DNA of 38,018 bases. Source: a virus. Lineage: Duplodnaviria; Caudoviricetes. Shown one piece after another: positions 10,970 to 20,099 of the stretch. How positions within the stretch are numbered: position 1 is the first letter of the stretch; every line of letters begins with the position of its first letter. The stretch covers positions 1 to 38,018 of the IMG/VR virus record IMGVR_UViG_3300038321_000426, one strand, 5' to 3'. Made by a program: the position numbers and the translations under genes. The notes under the pieces were generated by a model, which worked only from the letters and a program-made list of their open reading frames with translations, ran no database searches and was not told the DNA's origin.

Positions 10970-11461
10970 TTATTTTATCTGATTTTTAATATCATTTATT
11001 AATCCACTACTATCATCAACTTGAAGAATTATATCTTCATTTTTATCTTCCCTCTCATAAGAAATAACCACATATTTAACTACATTAGTTTTGGATTTTT
11101 TAAATGCAAATGCAAACAATCCAAATAAAAATATTTTTGGTACAGTTACCCTATCCCCTATAGATTCTTTTGTATTAAAATTTATATCTACTACATTCTC
11201 CATAGGAATTTCTATACTATATCCATCATTTCCTTTATCAATTTGATTTATATAAATAAAATTAGTAAATATAAGAACATTTATTTTAAATCCTGCATCA
11301 TACACATCTGAACAACCTTTTATATAAATTCCTTTATAAGAACTTACATAATTATTACCTAAACTTTTTATATATTTTTTTCTTTCTAATTTATAAAGTA
11401 TATAAAGTATTACTATAATTGTAACTATTGCTAGTAAAACTGTAAATGTCGCATCATCCAT
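10970..11461 (-). CDS. Membrane protein with PH-like beta domain (cargo)
   Basis: N-terminal TM helix; RVTVPKIFLFGLFAFAFKK motif common in phage membrane proteins. Confidence 0.7.
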   Translation of the reverse strand: MDDATFTVLLAIVTIIVILYILYKLERKKYIKSLGNNYVSSYKGIYIKGCSDVYDAGFKINVLIFTNFIYINQIDKGNDGYSIEIPMENVVDINFNTKESIGDRVTVPKIFLFGLFAFAFKKSKTNVVKYVVISYEREDKNEDIILQVDDSSGLINDIKNQIK

Positions 11462-11516
11462 ATATTAATATCCCCCAAACAGTATATTATCACATCTATT
11501 AATCCACAATAGCAAT

Positions 11517-11541
11517 ATTCTACAAAACATAGTAAATTCCT
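11517..11541 (-). promoter_or_regulatory. SigH-type promoter
   Basis: - strand ggAGGA-N17-GAAT (GTAGAAT) upstream of 11461. Confidence 0.65.
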
Positions 11542-11612
11542 CCTAAAAGTGGAATTATAAATTATTAATTTTTGTATAAAAAATAAGCTCCCGATTATTC
11601 ATCAAGGGCTTA

Positions 11613-12167
11613 TTATAATGCCATATACATAGGTTCACAACCTTTTAAATATACATCATCATTCTTTTTCATAATAGGTTTAAATGATACAAATTTATTT
11701 CTAATGTAAAATTTTTTAGCACTAGGAACTGAATATAATATAATACAAACAGCCCCACACGTACTTTCTGTAAAATTATTAATTTGATTTATTGCTTCGC
11801 ATAATAAAATATCACTAAAAGTACCATCTTCTTTAATCTTTGAATATGATATATCTTGATATGATTTATCTACCGCAAACATTTTTATTTCAACTGCTGG
11901 AGCTAAACCAATTTTACCTTGAGATTCATTTGTTTCTACAATCATTGCAGAACAATCTAACGTATAAAAACCAATAACTTTACTTTTATTATCATTCAGT
12001 ATTAATTTAGTTACTCCACGTCCTTCAGTTGTGTCACATTTTGCATCATTACATAAATATCTATCTATTTCACTATTTCCACACTCAAATTCACTTAACA
12101 TAGAACAATATTCCGTAGAGAAACTTTCTATACTATAGTCAATATTTTCACCATATAAAATAGCCAA
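11613..12167 (-). CDS. GNAT acetyltransferase, TacT/AtaT-like toxin
   Basis: FECGNSEIDRYL, VIGFYTL, PAVEIKMFAVDKSYQ, AKKFY..NKF. Confidence 0.8.
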   Translation of the reverse strand: MAILYGENIDYSIESFSTEYCSMLSEFECGNSEIDRYLCNDAKCDTTEGRGVTKLILNDNKSKVIGFYTLDCSAMIVETNESQGKIGLAPAVEIKMFAVDKSYQDISYSKIKEDGTFSDILLCEAINQINNFTESTCGAVCIILYSVPSAKKFYIRNKFVSFKPIMKKNDDVYLKGCEPMYMAL

Positions 12168-12181
12168 AACCGTACCCCTTC

Positions 12182-12451
12182 TTACTTATGCCTATTTCCT
12201 TTTAATCTTTTTAGCTTGTTTAAAACACTATTTATAGGTGTTTTATCCTGACTTAATTTAATAAAATCCTCTTTCTTCTCTGGATCAACTCTCAATATTG
12301 TTTTTACTGGCATTGAAATTGAACTCATAGTATCACCATCCCCCTCATTTTTTTGTTGCTCCTTACCGAGCTCCTTATTATTTTCGTTATCTTTATTAGA
12401 CATTATATTTTTGTTGCCACTATTATTTTGTGGCTTGTCCTTTTTGTCCAT
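12182..12451 (-). CDS. Small protein, probable antitoxin partner of the GNAT (true start may be internal MSSISMP)
   Basis: Ends 14 bp upstream of GNAT start; internal GGGGATGGTGA RBS before MSSISMP. Confidence 0.5.
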   Translation of the reverse strand: MDKKDKPQNNSGNKNIMSNKDNENNKELGKEQQKNEGDGDTMSSISMPVKTILRVDPEKKEDFIKLSQDKTPINSVLNKLKRLKGNRHK

Positions 12452-12719
12452 ATTATATATCCCCCATTAATTGTAAATCATTTCTAATTTAATTATACAA
12501 TTAATGGAAATATATACAATAACTTTCGTACTAACTTTTATTACATTATATCACAATTTACATAAATTTTATCACATTTACGCATATTTTATGAATTTTT
12601 GCATATAATATATATTTAAAATAATTCGGTTATATATAAATTTCAGATACTTCAAGACCACTTATATACCAACACTTTCCGCTCCATTAATTCCTATATC
12701 ATCAAATAAATTAATCCTG

Positions 12720-13895
12720 TATGCAGTATATGACTAATTATACATAGCAACATTGTAGATTAAGTTATTTGCAAATATAGAGGATGCTATATGATAAGGA
12801 CATTAAGTCCCTCTGACGCTGAGTTTCACATTGAAACCCACTAACTTTATAAATTTGACATAACATCAAATAATTGCACCCAGTGACAACTTTTAAAATA
12901 TTACAAATCGCCTTGTATGGCGAATCATAAATATAAATATTCTTATATCCTGTAGCGGGACACTATATATTTGTATCCATCAACTTGATATTTGCAATTA
13001 AAGATACAGCCATAATGACTAAAGGTACTCGTATTATACTTGAACCCTTTGTAGGGAGGACTAAATTTCGTCCCCCGATTAATAAATATCTCATACTCAA
13101 TGATTGCTTATCAGTATTATAGAGTTCTACTTTATGTCTACCCCTTCAAGGATATTCATAGTTTGATTACCCTATAAAAATAAATAGATAAGTGGAAATT
13201 CCCCCTATAGGGAATTAGGATCACACATAGTGACTCAGATATTTCTAAATGTTCTATATGAACCATTAGAACCATCCCCTGATTTGTTGACGTTACGATA
13301 ACATATAATTTCCGCTATCCCATAGAAGGACATCCGCTGCATTTAATATGCTTAGGTATTAGTTACCGTTCCAAGCGTTAACGAATATAATTAATTTTCC
13401 TATATTCTAGATTAAACTTATGACGTTAATATCTACCAATAGATTTAAAATCCATTATTATTTTCAGTGATATCAATTATTTACGAACTAATTTTGGGTA
13501 ATAACAGGTCATTTGAATTCACCTGTTTTAAATTATCATCCTAAGTTTAACTTAGGTAGTGATACTCCCTATGAAGATCAGTTATTTTCCCCAACTCTGG
13601 AGATTATTCTTTAAAGAAAACACCTCGTTTGAACCGTCCTGTTTTAAAAATATTGCTATTTTGGCAATGTGCTTTAATAGGTTACAGAACTTTGGTATCT
13701 TCATTATGGAGAACGCATAACTGGTATTCATTTAAAGGCCAGCTAATTTCAGATAGAAACCCTTGGCAAGGGAACGCTGTATTCATGTAATATTCTTTTA
13801 GGAATTTACATATATATTGGTTCGGACTCTCAGTCGTAACGATATCAGCGACACGTTAAAATCATCCATTAATAAGTCAATTTTAACCCATATAA
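12720..13895 (-). ncRNA. Candidate large structured non-coding RNA (~1.1-1.2 kb), family not recognised
   Basis: No ORF of 60 aa or more; more than 15 consecutive hairpins; G-U pairs favour - strand; upstream promoter; structural paralog at 16510-16840; 3' end approximate. Confidence 0.7.
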
Positions 13896-13901
13896 TTCCA
13901 T

Positions 13902-13930
13902 ATTATACAATAATACCTCTACATGGTAAA
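13902..13930 (-). promoter_or_regulatory. SigA-type promoter for the large RNA
   Basis: TTTACC (13930-13925)-N17-TATAAT (13907-13902); overlapped by inverted repeat atacctcta/tagaggtat. Confidence 0.6.
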
Positions 13931-13959
13931 ACGGCTGTATGGAACATATAGAGGTATGC

Positions 13960-14322
13960 CTATTTTTCTTGTTCTTCTTGAGATAACTTAGCCCATATTT
14001 TGTATACTGTAGTAGCTTTTAAAGCATCATTTTCTACCATTGTTTGTAATTCTGGTATTAAGGTTGTAAGTTTCTTATAATTTTGAAGTTGTCTTTGATC
14101 AATATTTAATTGTTTTGCTAAATCTTCTTGTGTTTTTGCTTGAGCGAAATTATTTCCATCAAGCTCCTTATTTATAATATATTGATTGTTACCATTCCCC
14201 CAGCACTACCTTGTCTAATTCCATAAATTCTTTCAAGCTCCATAATACATTTAGCCATTTTCATAGGATTGCAGTTCCCGATTCCACGTTGCATAATATT
14301 TGTGGATATTAAATCCTCAGTT
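13960..14322 (-). pseudogene. Truncated, frameshifted phage ParB/Spo0J-like gene fragment
   Basis: Manual translation EDLISTNIMQRGIGNCNPMKMAKCIMELERIYGIRQGSAG / shift at G run ~14197-14201 / NGNNQY...TQEDLAKQLNIDQRQLQNYKKLTTLIPELQTMVE (ParB HTH). Confidence 0.8.
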
Positions 14323-14382
14323 CACTTTTGAAAAGATATTCAATATTTAATTTATAAACTTCACCTTGTTTCAATCACTAGC

Positions 14383-14727
14383 TTATCTACCACTTTCAAA
14401 ACTTCCAGGATAACGATAGCTCATCGCATCTTTAGGCATATACTTTTTCTTTTTGGGTTTCCTACCTAGTACTGTATTTTTAGTAATGCGTTTACTAACT
14501 ATAGCTCGATTAATAATTTTTTTAAAATGCTTAATTGAAGTAATATTTATTTCTACTACTTTTTCTGTATTTTTACTAACTTTCTTCATAACAATTACTT
14601 TAATAAAACGCATATTATATTCAAGATTAATTACTAACCTTTTTCTAATCCAACCAGTTCCGTCAAGATAAATAAATTCATTTTCTTTTAAATATTTGTT
14701 GCAATCACTTAACATATTCTTAAACAT
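14383..14727 (-). CDS. Basic hypothetical protein
   Basis: 114 aa Lys-rich ORF with GGGG RBS. Confidence 0.55.
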   Translation of the reverse strand: MFKNMLSDCNKYLKENEFIYLDGTGWIRKRLVINLEYNMRFIKVIVMKKVSKNTEKVVEINITSIKHFKKIINRAIVSKRITKNTVLGRKPKKKKYMPKDAMSYRYPGSFESGR

Positions 14728-14953
14728 TGTCCATACCCCATATTAATAGATCATATTTTAAAATTAAGTTTAATATTTTACATTAAAACTCATATAAATA
14801 ATATGGCAAAGTAAGTTATTGTACTACCTTTATTGGGTTGATTTTAGCATATTTTTTAAACCAACTCACCTTTCATATTATAAAATATATAGTTATATTA
14901 GCCGTATATAGCTATTATAATGCTTTAAATGTATAGATAATATAATTTTAGAA

Positions 14954-15004
14954 GTAGTCGATTTAAAATCCATTGGTATGCCTGTATACTCATTCTGGAG
15001 TACC
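14954..15004. repeat. 51-bp direct repeat, copy 1 (copy 2 at 16790-16840)
   Basis: 43/51 identical by manual alignment, all differences transitions; core gatttaaaatccatt also at 13442-13456. Confidence 0.9.
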
Positions 15005-15136
15005 ATATCTATATTATAGTTAAATTATATATAATTTGTTTATAATTTACTATAAACATTAAAGTTCAAAAAATACACTAAAAAATCTTGATATATATAT
15101 ACCTTTTAATACAAAATTGGTTCATTATGAATCCAT

Positions 15137-15466
15137 TTATAAATATAAATTCCCATTTTTAACGCAGCATCCAAATATATAATCATTGTAATACTGATGT
15201 TCATCTAAAAGCATTTCTTTATTTTTGTCCCAATATTGTGGGTTTATATCACTTCTATAACAATGTAATATATCCGAAACTTCAAAATCAAAATTTTTGG
15301 TATCCTCTACTAAGTTATATGCTTCTTTTATAATTCTTTCCTTTATATCATTTATAGATCTTTCTCCATCTACCATAATTAACGTATAGTACCCTTTGTG
15401 ATTGGAGTAGTTACACATCACTTTATCATTTATTATTAATTTAAAATATATTACCATGAATGGCAT
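15137..15466 (-). CDS. Hypothetical protein
   Basis: 109 aa ORF with AAGGA RBS. Confidence 0.6.
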   Translation of the reverse strand: MPFMVIYFKLIINDKVMCNYSNHKGYYTLIMVDGERSINDIKERIIKEAYNLVEDTKNFDFEVSDILHCYRSDINPQYWDKNKEMLLDEHQYYNDYIFGCCVKNGNLYL

Positions 15467-15600
15467 TTATTAATCATTCCTTTCATTTTATAAATTACTT
15501 CTTTTCTAATTTTTTGCATAAAATTTGCATAAAAAAAGAACCTATATTTTTATAAGTCCTTTAAATCTCAATTATATATATTTATAATATTATAATTTAG

Positions 15601-16356
15601 TTAAAATTGATTTAATTTATCATAATCAAATGCTTGCTTTACTTCTTTCCCATCTGGATATATAACTATTATTTCTAATTTTTGAGGATTTAATTTTACA
15701 ATATCTTTTGCATTAAATATTCCTATTATAGAATTATAATATAATTTACCTCCCATTAATACATCTGCTGAAGCAGTATTATTAAATTTAATAGGTTGCA
15801 ATTCTTTGGTTTCATTTTTACCATACACTCTTAATACCATATGTGTATATTTTGCAAAATCCATATCAGTCCCATTTATGCACGCCATACATCTAAATGT
15901 GTTTAAATCAATATTACTTTTTTCTTTTTGTTGATTATATTCATTTTTAAAATTATTATTATTTACATCTATATATCTTTCTGTTAATTCTTTACTTATA
16001 TCTATAACCATTTTATATGGTGTCGTTATAAGAAACATAATCCCTTTTTCTGATATAGAATTATCAATTTTTTCTGTAATTTGATTTATACCTTCTACAG
16101 CAGTTTTCTTTCCTTTGTATTCCTTACCTTTTTCTAAAGCATTTTCAAATTCCTCTTTAGTAAGAACACCTAACCTAAAATTATCAATTTTATTTTCTTC
16201 CTTTGGCTTTTGTTGAGCAACTGATTGACTAGTAGTTATCTTGTTAGATGTATTTTTATTATTACCTGTATTCTTAGCAAAATAATAGCCACAAGTAAAA
16301 ATAATACATATACCTATTACTCCACCAACTATTATTCCTATCTTTTTTTTATTCAT
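15601..16356 (-). CDS. Exported / membrane-anchored protein (cargo)
   Basis: MNKKKIGIIVGGVIGICIIFTCG signal/anchor followed by a low-complexity linker. Confidence 0.75.
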   Translation of the reverse strand: MNKKKIGIIVGGVIGICIIFTCGYYFAKNTGNNKNTSNKITTSQSVAQQKPKEENKIDNFRLGVLTKEEFENALEKGKEYKGKKTAVEGINQITEKIDNSISEKGIMFLITTPYKMVIDISKELTERYIDVNNNNFKNEYNQQKEKSNIDLNTFRCMACINGTDMDFAKYTHMVLRVYGKNETKELQPIKFNNTASADVLMGGKLYYNSIIGIFNAKDIVKLNPQKLEIIVIYPDGKEVKQAFDYDKLNQF

Positions 16357-16414
16357 GATAGAAATCCCCTCTCATAAATTTATATCATTAATAATTTATT
16401 CATATATCATTAAT

Positions 16415-16440
16415 ATTCTACAAATTTATGACTAAATCCT
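16415..16440 (-). promoter_or_regulatory. SigH-type promoter
   Basis: - strand gaAGGA-N18-GAAT (GTAGAAT) upstream of 16356. Confidence 0.65.
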
Positions 16441-16509
16441 TCTAAAACATATTATTACATACAATTTTTACTTAAAATGTTTTTAAATTATTTTTTTGTA
16501 TTTGTGACA

Positions 16510-16840
16510 CTGAGTGGTACACTATATATTTACAATTAAAGGTATAGTCATAATAACTGTAGGTATTCGTATTATACTTGTACCCTTTGTAAATAGATTT
16601 AACCAATTTATAAATAATATTTCACACTCAATCACACATAGTGATTATCCTGCATGAACCATTAAAATCTGTTGACGCTATGATAGTATATATTTTCCGT
16701 TATCTCTGAAAAGGATATCATTTTTTCTCCTGATATGTTGAGGAAGTTAAGTTCCGCTACATTTGAAATGCTTAGGTATAATTATATTAGTGGTCGATTT
16801 AAAGTCCATCGGTATACCTGTACACCCGTTTTGGAGTACC
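16510..16840 (-). ncRNA. Compact paralog of the core of the 12.7-13.9 kb RNA
   Basis: Colinear blocks shared with 12955-13456: cactatatattt, ggta.tcgtattatacttg.accctttgta, atcacacatagtga, atgaaccatta, tgttgacg, ccgct.cattt..., atgcttaggtat. Confidence 0.6.
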
Positions 16841-17417
16841 CATGATGGAAAATCTTTTATTATCAACTAAATATATCAAATAAATTTACAATTAATTATG
16901 AATATAAAGGTGCAAATTTTGCATTAAATGATGTTAATATATAATATACTATACATACCATTTAGCACATTTTTTGCACCTCATAATCTTATATGAATTG
17001 TTTTGTGTACAAGCCATCCTATTACTATTATTACTGCAAACAATTGCTATATTTTATTACTTATTGCATTATAAGAATATAGATATATCAATACTTATAA
17101 TGAATAAAGTTGACTATCATACCATTATATTTCAACAGTCAACTTTTAAACATAATTTTTAGGTTATTCAAATACAAATATTTTTTATTGTAAACTACAA
17201 ATATAAATTTAAGTTACAATATTATTATCTTTTAATAAACAAATGAAGCCAGTATAATACTGACTTCAAATGATTAAATGGGTTTGCTTGTACTAGAAAT
17301 ATATATTCCTACAATAAAAATATATGATATTCCAATCATTCCGTCTAGTATTTATCGTTGGCCAAATATGAAACTTATGGTAATTATTTTTCCAACAAAA
17401 AGTAAAAAACTCAACTC

Positions 17418-17650
17418 TCGATTAATTAAACTTTTTATGAAAGTGGAACGCCCTCAAGGCGGTGGAACTTGAATAAAAAGTTTAATTAATCGAAAAAGGT
17501 CTTAGACAACAATAACTATTATTAACAACTATTATTAACTATTATTTTTATATTGATTGAGTTGAAGGTCAAGATCAAGAGCTTGCAGGCAAATTGCAAA
17601 GAACCGCAATTTGCCTTTGTGTCGGCCTAAAGTCCGCCAGACAAGGTTAT
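17418..17650. other. Putative replication origin / cruciform region
   Basis: Perfect 21-bp inverted repeat (17418-17438/17473-17493), three aactattatt repeats (~17514-17547), 11-bp GC hairpin (17587-17616), directly downstream of the helicase. Confidence 0.55.
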
Positions 17651-17758
17651 TTTTTTGATTGATTTATTTTTTATGTATATATGTATAATTGATTATTTTT
17701 TACCTACATTTTATGCATTAAGCTTTATATAAGGTTATTGTATGTTTTGTAGGTAATA

Positions 17759-19243
17759 TTATTCTATAACAATCCAATATCTAATATTTTTCTTTTTACT
17801 ATTAATTATTTTGCTTGTCATTTTATTTTCTATAATATAATTTATCTTTAAATCTTTTAACCAACCATTGAGGGTATTAATTCCTAATGTCCTTGCTTTA
17901 AGTCCTGCTTTATTAAATACTTTCTTCAATTCCTCTTTATCATCTTTAAATAATTTTTGTCCTTTTATATTTTCTAAATAATGTATTAGTAAATCTTTTC
18001 CTTTTTCTTCTTCAAGAACTCTATAATTATATTTTCCAGTATCTTCATCATAAAATCCAAATAAATTTGCTAAATACTTACAATACCCAAAATCACCAAG
18101 CTGTTTCATGATATCAATATTTACTAAATCCGTTTTACATTTAAAATACATCATCTCATTAACTTTCTTAGTTCCTTTATCATCTTCTTCTACTGGATCA
18201 TCATATACAATATTAGATTTATCATATTCTCTAGGATATTTTAATATAAAACTTTTAACATCATTTTCTCTTAAATAATCAGCCATTTCAATCTTCTTAT
18301 TAAGTTGAGTTTCAGTGCCACCAAGTTGTTTATTATTAATTGTTTTAATATATACATTCACATAATCATTTAATCCCTGAATTCTTTTTCTACCAATACA
18401 TTGTATTAAGCTTCCTACATCCTTTACATCTACAACTATATGCTTTATATCTGTATCAATAAGATTTATCCCTGCATCCATACATGTTGTTGTTATTAAC
18501 ATATTTCCTTCAAATTTTTCATCACTTAGCATGTCTGATATTTTCTTCTTGTCCACTTTTTTATAATATTCCTTATTACTTTTAGAACAATTAAATAAGC
18601 TATAATCCTTAAATTGTAAATGTAATTCATATGCCTTTTTAGCAGATTGTATAAAAAATATTATTTTTTCTTTTGTTTTAATTGCTTCTTTAGCCAACTC
18701 TTCTAAAGTCGTATCTTTGTTAAAGAATGTTAAAGTATTAAATTTATATTCTATAGGTAGTGTATAATCTATCGTTTCTATATGTTTGTAATTAGCAATA
18801 TAATTTTTAACATAATTTCCAGTAGCACTCATGAATATTTTAGTGGCATTTGTATTTAATATTAGATTTAAAGATATATCAGTGGTTTTATTGAAACTGG
18901 CATCACTCATGAAATAGTGGAATTCATCACATACTATGTATTGATATTGATGTAAAAAAATCTCATAATTATGTAATTCTTTAAATTCTAATTTCTGATA
19001 TGTTTGTATATCAATAACATCTGTCTTTTTGTCTTGAATAATTTCTTCTCTAAATTGATTCACACAATTAGTTCTATGTATTAACATCAAAATTTTCTTA
19101 TTCTGTTTTTTAGCAAACGCATATAATATATTTTTTATAAAGTAACTTTTGCCCGTACCTGTTCCTGCTGTAATTGTTATAATATCATTTCTTTGCCATT
19201 GTCTAATATCGTTAACCTTTATAAGTTCACTTATTCTTTTCAT
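17759..19243 (-). CDS. Superfamily 2 (DExH) helicase, ResIII/origin-binding-like
   Basis: Motifs AGTGTGKS, CDEFH, MSAT, TTTCMDAGIN, QCIGRKR. Confidence 0.92.
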   Translation of the reverse strand: MKRISELIKVNDIRQWQRNDIITITAGTGTGKSYFIKNILYAFAKKQNKKILMLIHRTNCVNQFREEIIQDKKTDVIDIQTYQKLEFKELHNYEIFLHQYQYIVCDEFHYFMSDASFNKTTDISLNLILNTNATKIFMSATGNYVKNYIANYKHIETIDYTLPIEYKFNTLTFFNKDTTLEELAKEAIKTKEKIIFFIQSAKKAYELHLQFKDYSLFNCSKSNKEYYKKVDKKKISDMLSDEKFEGNMLITTTCMDAGINLIDTDIKHIVVDVKDVGSLIQCIGRKRIQGLNDYVNVYIKTINNKQLGGTETQLNKKIEMADYLRENDVKSFILKYPREYDKSNIVYDDPVEEDDKGTKKVNEMMYFKCKTDLVNIDIMKQLGDFGYCKYLANLFGFYDEDTGKYNYRVLEEEKGKDLLIHYLENIKGQKLFKDDKEELKKVFNKAGLKARTLGINTLNGWLKDLKINYIIENKMTSKIINSKKKNIRYWIVIE

Positions 19244-19269
19244 ATACTTTCATCTTATCCTTTCCTAAA

Positions 19270-19440
19270 TTATTTATGATTTAAGCACCATAAACTATAA
19301 ACTTTTTCTGTAACTTTATCATTGAAAACGAAAAATACTTTACCTGTCTTAAAATGTACCTGTGGTCTTTCAATAGGCATTATTCCATGTTCCATATAAA
19401 AGTAAGCTTGTTCCCAATTATATATGTATCTTTTCTTCAT
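19270..19440 (-). CDS. Small phage protein (56 aa, not in ORF track)
   Basis: MKKRYIYNWEQAYFYMEHG...HFKTGKVFFVF with AGGAAGGA RBS. Confidence 0.7.
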   Translation of the reverse strand: MKKRYIYNWEQAYFYMEHGIMPIERPQVHFKTGKVFFVFNDKVTEKVYSLWCLNHK

Positions 19441-19549
19441 AATACTTTTCCTTCCTATTTATTTAAAATTTCACCTTATATATTAAAGGAGAATAACCCC
19501 TATTATTTTGGCCATTCCCCCTAATTTTCTTATTTCTTTTTATATGTAT

Positions 19550-20068
19550 TTATGCAGCCATTTTTAATTCTTTAAGAGATTGGAATAGTATATTTTTGTA
19601 AATATTGAATTGTTCCATATCAACTTTAGCATCATCTAATTCTCTATATTTAATAAAAATCTCATGATTGATTACGTCTTCTTCAGCCAATAATTGTGAT
19701 TTTTTCACTAGATCATAATTTTGGTTATTTCTTAAATTTTCCAATTTATATTCACATTTATATATACCTTCTATTTTCCTTTTGAGATACTTCTTTGCTT
19801 TCTTTATATTATTTTTACGTGGGATTAATTGAATTTTATAAATTTCATCTATAAGACCTCGAATAATTTCTTCTTCACCGTCTTCTTCTTTAAGTTTATA
19901 TTCAAAATTATATACTTCTTTATCCTCGGTAATGCTTAATAGTACATTTCCATATGCTGTTCCTAAATCTATTTTTTCTAAAAATTCTCCACCCAATATT
20001 ATTGGTTGTGCTACATTTATAGCTTTCATAATATTTTCCAACACATCATTTAATTTTTTTGTTAACAT
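19550..20068 (-). CDS. Hypothetical coiled-coil protein
   Basis: 172 aa ORF with AAGGAG RBS. Confidence 0.7.
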   Translation of the reverse strand: MLTKKLNDVLENIMKAINVAQPIILGGEFLEKIDLGTAYGNVLLSITEDKEVYNFEYKLKEEDGEEEIIRGLIDEIYKIQLIPRKNNIKKAKKYLKRKIEGIYKCEYKLENLRNNQNYDLVKKSQLLAEEDVINHEIFIKYRELDDAKVDMEQFNIYKNILFQSLKELKMAA

Positions 20069-20099
20069 TTATGAAATCTCTCCTTTTTATTAATTATTT

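Noticed and set aside
12720-13895. Group II or group I intron identity for the large RNA
   Set aside because: No GUGYG 5' end or complete domain V (only an isolated ACGGUUC); the CACUAU/AUAGUG helix lacks the GACUA/UAGUC P7 signature; no interrupted gene flanks it. Not excluded without a covariance-model search
16974-17472. ORFs 16974-17162 and 17278-17472 (+)
   Set aside because: No clear RBS, low-complexity composition; the second runs into the 21-bp inverted repeat
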